Assembly (NCBI GenBank): GCA_002737365.1
Contig: NSIL01000013.1
Location: 3,540-67,539, forward strand
Source of the DNA: Acidobacterium sp.
GTDB taxonomy: Bacteria > Acidobacteriota > Vicinamibacteria > Vicinamibacterales > UBA2999
DNA: 64,000 nucleotides
Direction of reading: 5' to 3'
Shown here piece by piece: positions 55,100-64,000 of this stretch (positions are counted from its first letter, which is position 1; each line of letters begins with the position of its first letter). The notes beneath the pieces were generated by a model. That model did not search any database. It was not told the origin of the DNA and saw only the letters and a program-made list of their open reading frames with translations. The position numbers and the translations under genes were made by a program.

Positions 55100-56613
55100 G
55101 CCTGCAAGCCAGACTGCCCGCCATCCTGGCACTGGCCATCGCGCTCGGGTTGGCCGGCTTCGGCATCACGCGCGGGACTCGCGCGGTCGGCGGATCTGAT
55201 TCCTCCTGCTACGGTCTGATGGCCGAGGCCTTCGGCACCGGTCACTGGCAACCTACGAGCGCGCTTGCGGTCGAGGCGCCCTGGCCCGAGGCCTCGCGCA
55301 CGCTGGCGCCTGGCGGTTTCATTCCCTCGCCGGTCCGGCCTGGCGCCTCTTCGCCGATCTGCGCCCCCGGGTTCTCTGTGCTGATGGCGCCGTTCTATGC
55401 CGTCGGTGGCCGCGATGCGATATTCGCAGTCACGCCGATCGCCGCGTTCGTGCTGGTGTGGTGCGCGTTCGTGCTGGCTAACCGGATGGCTGGAGGTCTG
55501 GCCGGCGTGTCGGCGGCCGTACTCACCGCGTCGAGTCCGATCGTGCTGTACCAGGCGGTGCAGCCAATGAACGACATTGCCACGGCGGCACTGTGGCTCG
55601 CCGCGCTGGCGATGGTCGCGCGCCCGCTGGCCTGCGGCGCGCTGGTTGGTGCCGTCATTCTGGTCCGCCCGAATCTCGCGCCGCTGGCAGCGATCGTCGC
55701 GGCCATGGCGTGGCGTCCCGGACAGGCGTGGCCGTGGCGGTCAACTGCGTGGCTGGTCGCCGGGGCTGTGCCAGGCATGGTCGCGTGGCTGTGGCTGAAT
55801 CACGTGCTGTATGGCAGTGTCATCGGCAGTGGCTATGGCGATGCAGGTCGGCTGTTCAGTGTCGCGAACATTGACGCCAATGCAGCAAATTACGGCAAGG
55901 CGTTCTACGAGACGCAGACCATCTTCCCGCTGCTCGCCCTGGCGGCGCCGTTTGCGCTGGCAGGCGAAGCGCGGCGGCTGGCGCTGTGGCTGCTCGTGTT
56001 CGTGGGTGTCGTGACGGCGAGCTATTTTCTGTACACGCCGTTCCCCGAGTGGTGGTATCTCCGCTTCCTGATTCCGGCGATCGTGTTGGCGATTGTCCTC
56101 GCTTGCGCCGTGGCGGCGCGCCTGGCAGATCGCGGACGCATGCGGGGCGTGGTGGCGATTGGCACCGTTGCGTTGTCGTTGATGGGGATGCAGACGGCTG
56201 GCGCGCGACAGGTGCTGGCGCTGCAGGGGCTGGAAGGACGTTACCGTGAGACCGCGGACCTGGTCGCTGCGCGGCTGCCGGCCAGTGCGGTATTGATCAC
56301 CGTCTGGCAAAGCGGCAGCGTGCGCTTTCACGCGGGCCGCGAAGCGGTGCTGTGGGATTCGCTGGATCCGGTGTGGCTCGATCGCGCGATTGCTTGGCTA
56401 TCCGAACAGGGTCGCGCGCCGTACATCCTGGTGGAACGGCGCGAAGAAGCCGAGTTCCGCGATCGGTTCCGCGGACACGCGGAGATCGGGGCGCTTGATT
56501 GGCCGGCGCGCTTCAACATCGGCGGCCAGGCGCGGATGTTCGACCCGGCTGACCGCCCTCGATATTTCGCGGGCGAGGCCTACGCAACCGAGAATATTCG
56601 AGCGAGGCGATAA
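55096..56613 (+). CDS. Polytopic membrane protein, ArnT/PMT (GT-C)-like glycosyltransferase candidate
   Basis: It has an ATGA overlap with the GT2 gene, 10 or more hydrophobic spans, then a soluble ~120-aa C-terminal domain. The GT-C assignment rests on architecture and neighbourhood only. Confidence 0.6.
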   Translation: MSLQARLPAILALAIALGLAGFGITRGTRAVGGSDSSCYGLMAEAFGTGHWQPTSALAVEAPWPEASRTLAPGGFIPSPVRPGASSPICAPGFSVLMAPFYAVGGRDAIFAVTPIAAFVLVWCAFVLANRMAGGLAGVSAAVLTASSPIVLYQAVQPMNDIATAALWLAALAMVARPLACGALVGAVILVRPNLAPLAAIVAAMAWRPGQAWPWRSTAWLVAGAVPGMVAWLWLNHVLYGSVIGSGYGDAGRLFSVANIDANAANYGKAFYETQTIFPLLALAAPFALAGEARRLALWLLVFVGVVTASYFLYTPFPEWWYLRFLIPAIVLAIVLACAVAARLADRGRMRGVVAIGTVALSLMGMQTAGARQVLALQGLEGRYRETADLVAARLPASAVLITVWQSGSVRFHAGREAVLWDSLDPVWLDRAIAWLSEQGRAPYILVERREEAEFRDRFRGHAEIGALDWPARFNIGGQARMFDPADRPRYFAGEAYATENIRARR

Positions 56614-56865
56614 GGCGGCACGGCTTGCCCTTTGACCTTGTTTGTAGCCACTATGGGGGCCATGAGCATCACTCACTAACTTCGCCACCTCCTGCTCGCC
56701 GCCAGCGCCCGGTCACTTCGGCCGCTGCCGATGGTCAAGCTGTACGCGCCCAACCCCTACCCGCATGGCTCCAGCATCGCGTACGTGGATCAGGGTACCT
56801 ACGCCGACTTCAAGACCGGGCGCCGTGACGGCACGCGCCCCCCGCCCGTAGCCACCCGAGTTTCC

Positions 56866-58209
56866 CTATGGGCGGGGCAGCGCCTCGTCGATCACCCGTC
56901 GCGACACGTCTTCGTGATTGGCGGCGCCCGGCACGCCGCCGCGCCGCTGAATGATGCCAATGCCGATGAGATCGTTGCTGGGATCGATCCAGAACCACGT
57001 GCCGGCGATGCCCCACCACCAGTAGCTGTTCTTCCCGACCTGCCGCTTCGCCCCGTCCGGGTCGAGGACCACGGCAAAGTCAAAACCGAAGCCTTGTGCC
57101 GGCGAGAAGAGTGCCTGCCCGACTCCAGACTTCGAGTTGAGGGCCTGTTCGCTCAGCACGTTGGTCCGCATCATGTCGACCGCGCTCTTCTTGAGAATCC
57201 GCTTGCCGTTCATCTCGCCGCCGTTGAGCAGCATCTGGGCGAAGCGGAAGTAGTCGGCCGCCGTGCCGTAGAGACCGCCACCACCTGACGGCAAGGCAGG
57301 CATCTGTGAGATTCCCGGGTCGTGCGGCTGTGGCACTAGCGCGCCCACTTTTTGATCCCACGCGTAGATCGTGGCTACTCGTGGCAGCTTTTCGGCCGGC
57401 ACCAGAAAGCCGGTATCAATCATCTCCAGCGGAGCGAACAACCGCGTGCGCAGGAACTCCGGGAAGGTCTGGCCCGATAGTTTCTGGACGAGATACCCCT
57501 GGATGTCGACCGCGACGCTGTAAACCCACCGCGTGCCCGGCTGGTAGAGCAGGGGCATCGTCGCCAGCCGATCGATCATGCCCTGCAGCGACGACGCGGC
57601 GAGTGGGTCGTTGGCCCGGTACTGCCGGTCGACTGGCGTATTGCCGAACAAGCCGTAGGTAAAGCCCGCCGAATGCGACATCAGCTCGCCCATCGTTGGC
57701 GGATGCACCGGCGCTTCGAGAATCGCGACGCCGTCTTTCTCGCCAGCAAACACCTTCAAGTTGGCGAACTCGGGGATGTGCTTGGCGATTGGATCGGAGG
57801 GCTGCCACTTGCCTTCCTCGTGCAACATCATCATCGCCACACCGGTCACCGGCTTGGTCATCGAATAGATGCGGGCGATGGTGTCGGTGCGCATCGGCGT
57901 TTGCCTCTCGGCGTCCTGCATGCCGTAGGCCTTGTGCTGCACCACTTTGCCGTGCCGCGCAACCAGCGTGACGATGCCGGCGAGATGCTTCTTGTCGACC
58001 AGGTCCTGCATTCCCGCGTCCATTTTGTCGAGACCGCCGGCGACGAAGCCCACCGACTCGGGCGACGCGAGCGGAAGGGCCGGCGTCGTGGCGACCGCGA
58101 CTCGTCGCTGCGTGTAGACCGTCGACGGCACGAGAACCGCCGTCAGCAGTGCGGCGACGGCAAGGCGTGAAAGAAGGCGTGTGGTCATCATTTGCCTGTT
58201 GAGCTCCAT
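56866..58209 (-). CDS. Serine hydrolase, class C beta-lactamase / DD-peptidase family
   Basis: It has an SMTK (SxxK) motif in IYSMTKPVTGVAMMML, a YS.a motif region (WVYSVAVD) and a signal peptide. Internal ATGs at codons 7 and 8 are alternative starts. Confidence 0.87.
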   Translation of the reverse strand: MELNRQMMTTRLLSRLAVAALLTAVLVPSTVYTQRRVAVATTPALPLASPESVGFVAGGLDKMDAGMQDLVDKKHLAGIVTLVARHGKVVQHKAYGMQDAERQTPMRTDTIARIYSMTKPVTGVAMMMLHEEGKWQPSDPIAKHIPEFANLKVFAGEKDGVAILEAPVHPPTMGELMSHSAGFTYGLFGNTPVDRQYRANDPLAASSLQGMIDRLATMPLLYQPGTRWVYSVAVDIQGYLVQKLSGQTFPEFLRTRLFAPLEMIDTGFLVPAEKLPRVATIYAWDQKVGALVPQPHDPGISQMPALPSGGGGLYGTAADYFRFAQMLLNGGEMNGKRILKKSAVDMMRTNVLSEQALNSKSGVGQALFSPAQGFGFDFAVVLDPDGAKRQVGKNSYWWWGIAGTWFWIDPSNDLIGIGIIQRRGGVPGAANHEDVSRRVIDEALPRP

Positions 58210-58258
58210 GACGAGGCCCCTGACAGTGGCTGGGCGCCCGAGAGTACCCGATCAGCGA

Positions 58259-58822
58259 TTACCTTCGCAACGCCCAGTCGCCGAGGAAGATGTAGGTCCC
58301 GTAGACGGTGCCTTCGCCGATGACCACACCGAACAGGAACTTCTTGTAGTTGATCTTCAGCGTGCCGCAGACGTAGCAGATCAGGTCGGTCGGCAGGAAC
58401 AGCATGAAGCTCCAGCCGATGATGATCGGCAGCTGGTAGCTCTGCAACAGCTCCTTGAGCCGGCGAATCTGCTTCGGATACTTGTGCTCGAAGAGTTCAT
58501 CCATGTGGATGGCTTCGGCAAAAAAGTAACAGATGGACGATGAGATCGCGATGCACGGCAGCGTGAGCGCCAGCAGCACCCACGGGTCGAAGAACGGCAT
58601 GGCGATCAGCAACGGGAAAGTCGCCGGTACCAGCGTGAACGCGCGCAGCGCGCCGATCAGCAGGTAGGCCGCCACCGCGATCCAGAACGAGGCAGAGAGC
58701 GCGTTGCGCAGCTCGGTCTGCACGGCCTCGCGCTGGAAGAAATACAGGTACAGCGCGCCGCCGACGATCAGCAGCCAGAGCGCGAACAGCGAATAACGAA
58801 TGCGTGGGTTGTGCAGCTCCAT
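58259..58822 (-). CDS. TVP38/TMEM64 (VTT / DedA-related) family membrane protein
   Basis: It is a polytopic 187-aa protein with F.L.P..P and ...G.....Y.K.F block patterns (CGTLKINYKKFLFGVVIG). Its start overlaps the actP stop by 1 nt. Confidence 0.7.
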   Translation of the reverse strand: MELHNPRIRYSLFALWLLIVGGALYLYFFQREAVQTELRNALSASFWIAVAAYLLIGALRAFTLVPATFPLLIAMPFFDPWVLLALTLPCIAISSSICYFFAEAIHMDELFEHKYPKQIRRLKELLQSYQLPIIIGWSFMLFLPTDLICYVCGTLKINYKKFLFGVVIGEGTVYGTYIFLGDWALRR

Positions 58823-60357
58823 TACGACGCGTCTTCGTCTGGCGCGCCGAAATGGATCTGTTGCTCGAGTTTCGCGAACCCTGCTGCCGCCGCCGGCTCC
58901 GGCGCTGCTAGGGACACGATAATGCCGATGATGAACGACAGCGGAATAGTGAAGAGTCCCGGATTGCGATAGGGAAAGTACGCGGTGGTGTGCTTCAGCA
59001 GGTCGACCTGGATGGTGGGCGACAAGTAAATCAACGCGAGTGTCGCCACGGTGCCGAACAGGATCGAGGCTTGCGCGCCCCGGGTCGTAAACGGCTTCCA
59101 GAACATCGACAGGATCAACGCCGGGAAGTTGGCACTGGCGGCGATGGCGAAGGCCAGCCCCACCATGTAGGCGACGTTCTGCCCCTTGAAGACAATGCCG
59201 AGGCCAATCGAGATGAGCGCCAGCACGATGGTGGCGTAGCGGGCGACCAGCAGCTGTTCCTTCTCGGTGGCGTGACCGTGACGGAAGACGTTGACGTAGA
59301 TGTCGTGCGACAGCGCCGCCGCTCCGGCCAGTGTGAGGCCGGCGACCACGGCCAGAATAGTGGCGAAGGCCACCGCCGCAATGAAGCCGAGGAACGCCTG
59401 GCCGCCGACGACTTCCGCGAGCAGGGGAGCGGCCATGTTGCCGCCGGCATCGACGCCGCGAATCGCGTCTTGTCCGACCAGCACCATCGCGCCGAAGCCC
59501 AGGATGAAGGTCAGAAGATAGAAGATGCCGATAATCGCGGTGGCGTAGGCCACCGACACCCGCGCGGTGCGGCCGTCGGGGACGGTGTAGAAGCGCATCA
59601 GGATGTGCGGCAGGCCAGCGGTGCCGAACATCAGCGCCAGGCCCAGTGAGATGGCATCCACCGGATCGGAGACCAGCCGTCCAGGCGCCAGCACGGCCGG
59701 CCCATACTGTTCAGCGGCAGCGGCAAACAGCGCGAGCGGATTGAACGAGAATCGCGCCAGCACCATCGCGGCGAGCATGAAGGCGCCCGAGAGCAGCAGC
59801 ACCGCTTTCACGATCTGCACCCACGTCGTGGCGATCATTCCGCCAAACAACACGTACGCCAGCATCACGACGCCGACAATGGCCACGGCGACTTCGTAGT
59901 CAAGGCCGAACAGCAGGCGGATCAGGTTGCCGGCGCCGACCATCTGCGCGATCAGGTAGAACGCGATCACCGCCAGGCTGCCGGCCGCCGAGGCCACGCG
60001 CACCGGCGCCTGCCGCAGCCGGAACGCCACGACGTCACTGAACGTGAAGCGGCCCAGGTGGCGCAGCGGTTCGGCGATCAGGCAGACCACCACCGGCCAG
60101 CCCACGAGGAAGCCGATCGAGTAGATCAAGCCGTCGAAGCCCGAGAGGGCGACCAGCCCGGCAATGCCCAGGAAGCTGGCGGCGCTCATGTAGTCGCCGG
60201 CGAGGGCGAGGCCATTCTGCAGCGCCGTGACCGAGCCACCGGCAGCGTAGAAATCCTTGGTGCTGTGCGTGCGGCGCGCCGCAAACCAGGTGATGACCAG
60301 CGACAGGGCGATGAAGATGACGAAACCCGACATCGCGACCAGGTTGGGCTCGCCCAC
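58822..60357 (-). CDS. actP: Cation/acetate symporter ActP (SSS family)
   Basis: It has [30 protein letters not shown] and [13 protein letters not shown] blocks. The GTG at 60357 lies 1 nt after the DUF485 stop, and the ATG at 60333 is an alternative start. Confidence 0.9.
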   Translation of the reverse strand: MGEPNLVAMSGFVIFIALSLVITWFAARRTHSTKDFYAAGGSVTALQNGLALAGDYMSAASFLGIAGLVALSGFDGLIYSIGFLVGWPVVVCLIAEPLRHLGRFTFSDVVAFRLRQAPVRVASAAGSLAVIAFYLIAQMVGAGNLIRLLFGLDYEVAVAIVGVVMLAYVLFGGMIATTWVQIVKAVLLLSGAFMLAAMVLARFSFNPLALFAAAAEQYGPAVLAPGRLVSDPVDAISLGLALMFGTAGLPHILMRFYTVPDGRTARVSVAYATAIIGIFYLLTFILGFGAMVLVGQDAIRGVDAGGNMAAPLLAEVVGGQAFLGFIAAVAFATILAVVAGLTLAGAAALSHDIYVNVFRHGHATEKEQLLVARYATIVLALISIGLGIVFKGQNVAYMVGLAFAIAASANFPALILSMFWKPFTTRGAQASILFGTVATLALIYLSPTIQVDLLKHTTAYFPYRNPGLFTIPLSFIIGIIVSLAAPEPAAAAGFAKLEQQIHFGAPDEDAS

Positions 60358-60358
60358 C

Positions 60359-60649
60359 TTAGCGTCCCTCCCGGTGCGCGCGGCGGATGTCGGCCAGGGC
60401 AACGTCGTAGTTGGCGTTGGTCCAGCGCACGTAGATCATGATCAGCGCCCAGGCCGACACGATCACCAGCACGCCGAGCAGGATACCCAGGCTGAGGCCG
60501 GGGACCAGCACCGTGCCCAGTAATTGCTTGTTGAAGGCAATCAGCAGGATGAACGCCACGTAAATCAGCGCCATGGCGGCGGTGAGGATGATCGACAGCC
60601 GCCAGCGGGCGGCCGACAGCGTGACGAGCCGGGCAGCGGAATCACTCAT
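60359..60649 (-). CDS. DUF485 (YjcH-like) inner-membrane protein
   Basis: It is a 96-aa, two-TM protein immediately upstream of actP, as in yjcH-actP operons. Confidence 0.85.
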   Translation of the reverse strand: MSDSAARLVTLSAARWRLSIILTAAMALIYVAFILLIAFNKQLLGTVLVPGLSLGILLGVLVIVSAWALIMIYVRWTNANYDVALADIRRAHREGR

Positions 60650-60776
60650 GAGGTGGCCATCATAGCGTGTTATAGTCCGCCCACTTCATACCAGTACGCG
60701 GCGGCTTTATTTGTTTTAATTCGTCTCGGTTGACTGCAACTCGCACTGTGCTTGTGGCAGATTCGGGGAGTTAGCT

Positions 60777-63725
60777 ATGCGTGCCTGTGTCGTCGTGTTT
60801 GTTACCACCGTCGTTCTGTTGGTTTCCACCACACCCGCCCTGGCCCAAGAGGCCGCCATCGCCGGCACCGTTGTTGACGGCACCAAGGCATCGCTACCGG
60901 GCGCCACCGTTACGGCCACGATGGTCGATACCGGGCGCGCGTCGACCACCGTGGCCGACGTTCGCGGTGAGTACCGGTTGCGAGGACTGGCACCGGGACG
61001 CTACAAGGTCCAGGCCGAGTTGTCGGGTTTCACGACCCTCGTCATTGCCGACGTCGAGCTACTGGTCGGGCAGAACCGCAACCTGCCGTTTACCCTGCAG
61101 GTGGCGTCGCTGACCGAGACGCTGACGGTCACCGGGGCATCGCCGCTCGTGGACGTCAGTTCCACGCAGGTAGCCGGTAACGTCGATCGCCGGCAGATGG
61201 AAGAACTGCCGCTACAGGGACGCAACTGGATGGAACTGGCGATGCAGGTCAAGGGCATCACTGCCAACGCCGTCGATACTACGCCCGGCGTGCGCGATCG
61301 GCAATTCCAGTTGAACCTGGACGGCCAGGAGATCACCCAACAGGTGGCCGGCTCCGGGTTTGGCCAGCCGAAATTCAGCCGCGAGGCGATCGCCGAGTTC
61401 CAGGTCGTCACCAACCTGTTCGACATCACCCAGGGCCGGTCGCTCGGCATCCAGGTGCAGGCCATCTCGCGCTCGGGCACCAACAACTACGACGGCAGCG
61501 TCTACGGCTACTTCCGCGACGATAAATGGATCGCCAAAGACTTCATCGCCAATCGCGTCCTGCCGTATGCCAATCAACAGATTGGCGCGGCGTTCGGCGG
61601 GCCGCTGATCAAGGACAAGGCACACTTCTTCCTGTCGTACGAACGCGAGAACGAGCCCAACACCATTCTGGCGGCGCCGGCGGCGCTGCCCGGGCAGTCG
61701 TTCACTTTTCCGACCAAGCTGATTCAGAACAGCTTTCTTGGCCGCGGCGACTGGCAGGCGAAGACCACCGACCACTTTACGGTGCGTGGATCGTATTGGG
61801 ACTGGGGCAACGACTTCACGCAGGTCGCGGGCACCGAACATCCGTCGCAGGCCGCGGCTCGCTATCGCACCGCGATCAACGTGGTCGGCACCTGGGCCAA
61901 GGTGTTGAGCAACACCACCCTTCAGGAGATCAAGGTGGGCTACACCCACTTTGACTGGCAGAACCAGCTGGTCTCGAACAAGCTCGTCGACACTCCGAAC
62001 TACGTCTTTCCGGGCCTGACCGTTGGCCAGCGGCGCAACTATCCGCAGGAGTTCTTCCAGAACACCATCAGCGTGCGCTACGACCTGTCCAAGACCTGGG
62101 GCCGTCACGATTCGAAGCTCGGTGGCGAGTTCCTGCGCTGGCACGACACCGGCAGTTGGGAACTGCTGTCGCGTGGCGAGTTCATCTTCAACACCATTCC
62201 GGCGGACATCAATCGCCGCATTCCGTTCGATGCCTGGGATGATCCGTCGCGGTGGGACCTCACCGGCCTCGACTCGACCATCCAGCGCTTCGACCAGAAC
62301 TTCGGCGACTGGACCATCGACATCCCGCGGCCGACCTGGGCGGTGTGGTTTGGCGACACCTGGCGCGTGAAAGATTCGCTGACCATCAACTACGGACTGC
62401 GGTGGGACGCCGATTGGGGCGCGCTCGACCCGCCGCTGATCACGACGCAGGCCAAGTTCAATCCTGCCGGCGGCGCGTCTCAGTACCCCGACATCGACCT
62501 GCAGGGCGGGGACCTGCTCTATCCGAACAACTTGCGCGACATCGGCAGCGTCGCGCCCCGTGCCGGCTTTGCCTGGAACATCGGCGCCAACGGCAGCTGG
62601 GTCATTCGCGGCGGCAGCGGCCTGTATTACAGCATTCCCGATTCGAACACGACGTTCAGCATCCAGTCGTTCAATGGCGAGCGCATTCTCGTGAACTCGT
62701 TCCCGAACGACGGCCGTCCGGGGTTCCTGCAGGATCCGACCCGCGGTGTCACGCAGGCCGATATCGTGTCAGGCAAGGTGCCGCTGCCGGCGCAAGGACC
62801 GCGCGTGATCGCGCACGACTACCAGATGCCGTCGACGTGGCAGAGCATCATTGGCTTCCAGGGCCAGTTGGGACCGCAGTTGGGCATTGAAGCGGATCTC
62901 ACGCATTGGAAGGGTTACAACTTCGCGCGCCAGCGGGATCCCAACCTGTTCTTCAACCCGGCCACCGGCTACAACCGCAACCCGGCGCAGGGCCGGCCCG
63001 ACCCGGCCTATGGGCAGATTCAGTGGCTTGAATCAAATGGCCGAGCTGACTACGCGGCGATCTCGAGCGGCATCACGCGCCGCTATGCCAACAACTGGCA
63101 GGCGGGGATGTCGTATACCTACATGCTGTTTGCCCACGACGACACCACCAACTTCCAGTACCAGGGCAACAACCCCTTCGACCCCGATGCGGAATGGGCG
63201 CGCTCGACGGAGTTCCAGCGGCACACCCTCCGCTTCAACGGCATCTGGCGGCTGCCGTACGACATGTCCGTGTCTGGGGCGTATCTCTTCGGCTCGGGGA
63301 ATTACTACGCCACCACCGTGGCGCTCAATCCCTACGGCCACACCGGGACTACGCGCCTGAATTCGGGCGCCGCGACGATTACGGTGCCGGCCACGGTCGT
63401 GACCTCGCCCAGCAACAGCGAGGTGATCGGCGTACTCGAGCGTTATGACGGTCCCAGTACGATTGCCACTGGCCAAGTGGCGCCGCGCAACGCCCTGCAA
63501 GGACTACCGCTGCACCGCGTCGACGTGCGATTCTCGAAGGACATCAAGCTGCCAGGCAGCACCAAGCTGACCGGCATCGTCGAGGTGTTCAACCTGACCA
63601 ACCATGCCAACTACGGTGCGTATAACGGCCAGCTGAATTCAACCACCTTCGGCCAGCCGCGGCAGAGCTTGTTGAATGCGTATCAGCCGCGGGTCATGCA
63701 GCTGGCGGTGAAGTTTAGTTTCTAG
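60777..63725 (+). CDS. TonB-dependent outer-membrane receptor with a CarboxypepD_reg N-terminal domain (third paralog)
   Basis: It has a signal peptide ending TPALAQ, then AAIAGTVVDGTKASLPGATVTA...YRLRGLAPGRYKV, and a C-terminal barrel ending LAVKFSF. Confidence 0.9.
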   Translation: MRACVVVFVTTVVLLVSTTPALAQEAAIAGTVVDGTKASLPGATVTATMVDTGRASTTVADVRGEYRLRGLAPGRYKVQAELSGFTTLVIADVELLVGQNRNLPFTLQVASLTETLTVTGASPLVDVSSTQVAGNVDRRQMEELPLQGRNWMELAMQVKGITANAVDTTPGVRDRQFQLNLDGQEITQQVAGSGFGQPKFSREAIAEFQVVTNLFDITQGRSLGIQVQAISRSGTNNYDGSVYGYFRDDKWIAKDFIANRVLPYANQQIGAAFGGPLIKDKAHFFLSYERENEPNTILAAPAALPGQSFTFPTKLIQNSFLGRGDWQAKTTDHFTVRGSYWDWGNDFTQVAGTEHPSQAAARYRTAINVVGTWAKVLSNTTLQEIKVGYTHFDWQNQLVSNKLVDTPNYVFPGLTVGQRRNYPQEFFQNTISVRYDLSKTWGRHDSKLGGEFLRWHDTGSWELLSRGEFIFNTIPADINRRIPFDAWDDPSRWDLTGLDSTIQRFDQNFGDWTIDIPRPTWAVWFGDTWRVKDSLTINYGLRWDADWGALDPPLITTQAKFNPAGGASQYPDIDLQGGDLLYPNNLRDIGSVAPRAGFAWNIGANGSWVIRGGSGLYYSIPDSNTTFSIQSFNGERILVNSFPNDGRPGFLQDPTRGVTQADIVSGKVPLPAQGPRVIAHDYQMPSTWQSIIGFQGQLGPQLGIEADLTHWKGYNFARQRDPNLFFNPATGYNRNPAQGRPDPAYGQIQWLESNGRADYAAISSGITRRYANNWQAGMSYTYMLFAHDDTTNFQYQGNNPFDPDAEWARSTEFQRHTLRFNGIWRLPYDMSVSGAYLFGSGNYYATTVALNPYGHTGTTRLNSGAATITVPATVVTSPSNSEVIGVLERYDGPSTIATGQVAPRNALQGLPLHRVDVRFSKDIKLPGSTKLTGIVEVFNLTNHANYGAYNGQLNSTTFGQPRQSLLNAYQPRVMQLAVKFSF

Positions 63726-63734
63726 CAGGGATTG

Positions 63735-63778
63735 GCCACAGCAGATGCCGAGAAACTCTTCTCGGTGTCCGCTGTGGC
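63735..63778. terminator. Two-tier hairpin between convergent genes (candidate bidirectional terminator)
   Basis: The outer stem is GCCACAGC (63735-63742) with GCTGTGGC (63771-63778). The inner stem is CCGAGAA with TTCTCGG around ACTC. Confidence 0.6.
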
Positions 63779-63786
63779 AAACGTCA

Positions 63787-64000
63787 CTAGTGCGTCGTCG
63801 GCTGCTGGGCCTTCTTGAGGCCCTGAATCTGCAGCACCGGCACGCCCGGCTGTTCCTTGAGCACTTCCTTGCGGTAGAGCTGTTCCATCTCGGCGTGATG
63901 GCGCAGCTCGTCGGGGGTCATGTTCTTCTTCTTTTGCGCCGCGATCTTCTCGTCGCGCGAGTTCTTGGCGATGCCGAGATCGTCGAGGTCGGTCTGGATG
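63787..64000 (-). CDS. C-terminal 70 aa of an unidentified protein (partial; continues beyond the window end)
   Basis: My minus-strand translation is ...IQTDLDDLGIAKNSRDEKIAAQKKKNMTPDELRHHAEMEQLYRKEVLKEQPGVPVLQIQGLKKAQQPTTH*. The composition looks coding and the frame is open to the window edge. Confidence 0.45.
   Translation of the reverse strand, partial: IQTDLDDLGIAKNSRDEKIAAQKKKNMTPDELRHHAEMEQLYRKEVLKEQPGVPVLQIQGLKKAQQPTTH

Noticed and set aside
56614-56865. A possible small gene or remnant in the 250-bp gap: MVKLYAPNPYPHGSSIAYVDQGTYADFKTGRRDG at the start of track ORF 56731..57288.
   Set aside because: The first ~35 aa look protein-like. However, the ORF then runs antisense through the serine-hydrolase gene, I recognise no family, and it has no SD or -10 signal. 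Evidence is insufficient, though BLASTx could revisit it.
58259-58822. An impression that the VTT/TVP38-family gene is less GC-rich than its neighbours, possibly indicating horizontal acquisition.
   Set aside because: This is a visual impression only and I cannot compute windowed GC or codon usage here. No flanking repeats, tRNA or integrase support an island.

Overview
This is a visibly GC-rich (about two-thirds G+C by eye, not computed), densely coding bacterial chromosomal segment. Its gene content suggests a soil Acidobacteriota-like diderm; this is an inference from three CarboxypepD_reg-type TonB-dependent receptors, many exported hydrolases and a PQQ-like propeller protein. It looks like core chromosome rather than an accessory island. 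I saw no rRNA, tRNA, CRISPR array, transposase, integrase, phage gene or recognisable defence gene.

Main blocks:
- 0-8.6 kb: PrsW-like protease (partial), a Tat-signal HisC-like aminotransferase, a DPP-IV-type S9 peptidase, sppA and a ppiD-like gene.
- 8.7-17 kb: a GAF-GGDEF cyclase, then the cell-shape cluster mreB-mreC-mreD-mrdA-rodA-rng.
- 17-24 kb, minus strand: S8 protease, OM beta-barrel protein, alkyltransferase-like (ATL) protein, and a HEAT-repeat/HD-GYP pair.
- 24-31 kb: nucleoside salvage cluster deoA-nupC-punA-cdd-mtnA, then tsaD, a NUDIX gene and an HD-domain gene.
- 31-36 kb: an ABC-2 system with two ATPases and two permeases, plus an anchored periplasmic protein.
- 36-64 kb: a PilZ gene; three large TonB-dependent receptors; a thiolase / IDH-family dehydrogenase / thiolase / hbd operon; folE; a small protein / CoA-transferase / PLP-decarboxylase trio; a GT2 plus ArnT-like membrane protein pair; a class-C-type serine hydrolase; and DUF485-actP.

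Things worth a second look:
- TATACT-type -10 hexamers recur 6-11 nt upstream of start codons, suggesting widespread leaderless transcripts.
- A 29-nt SD-plus-hairpin element is duplicated in the two intercistronic gaps of the thiolase operon.
- The HEAT and HD-GYP genes are translationally coupled and appear to share an N-terminal module.
- Several eroded gene remnants are present: BNR/sortilin-like, receiver domain, ECF sigma N-terminus, a frameshifted TPR-like ORF and an LbH fragment.
- The ATL protein carries PYHRV in place of the catalytic PCHRV and is coupled to an outer-membrane barrel gene.

I found no clear novel multi-gene system of the defence, toxin or mobile kind. All functional calls rest on by-eye motif recognition in the supplied translations, not on searches.
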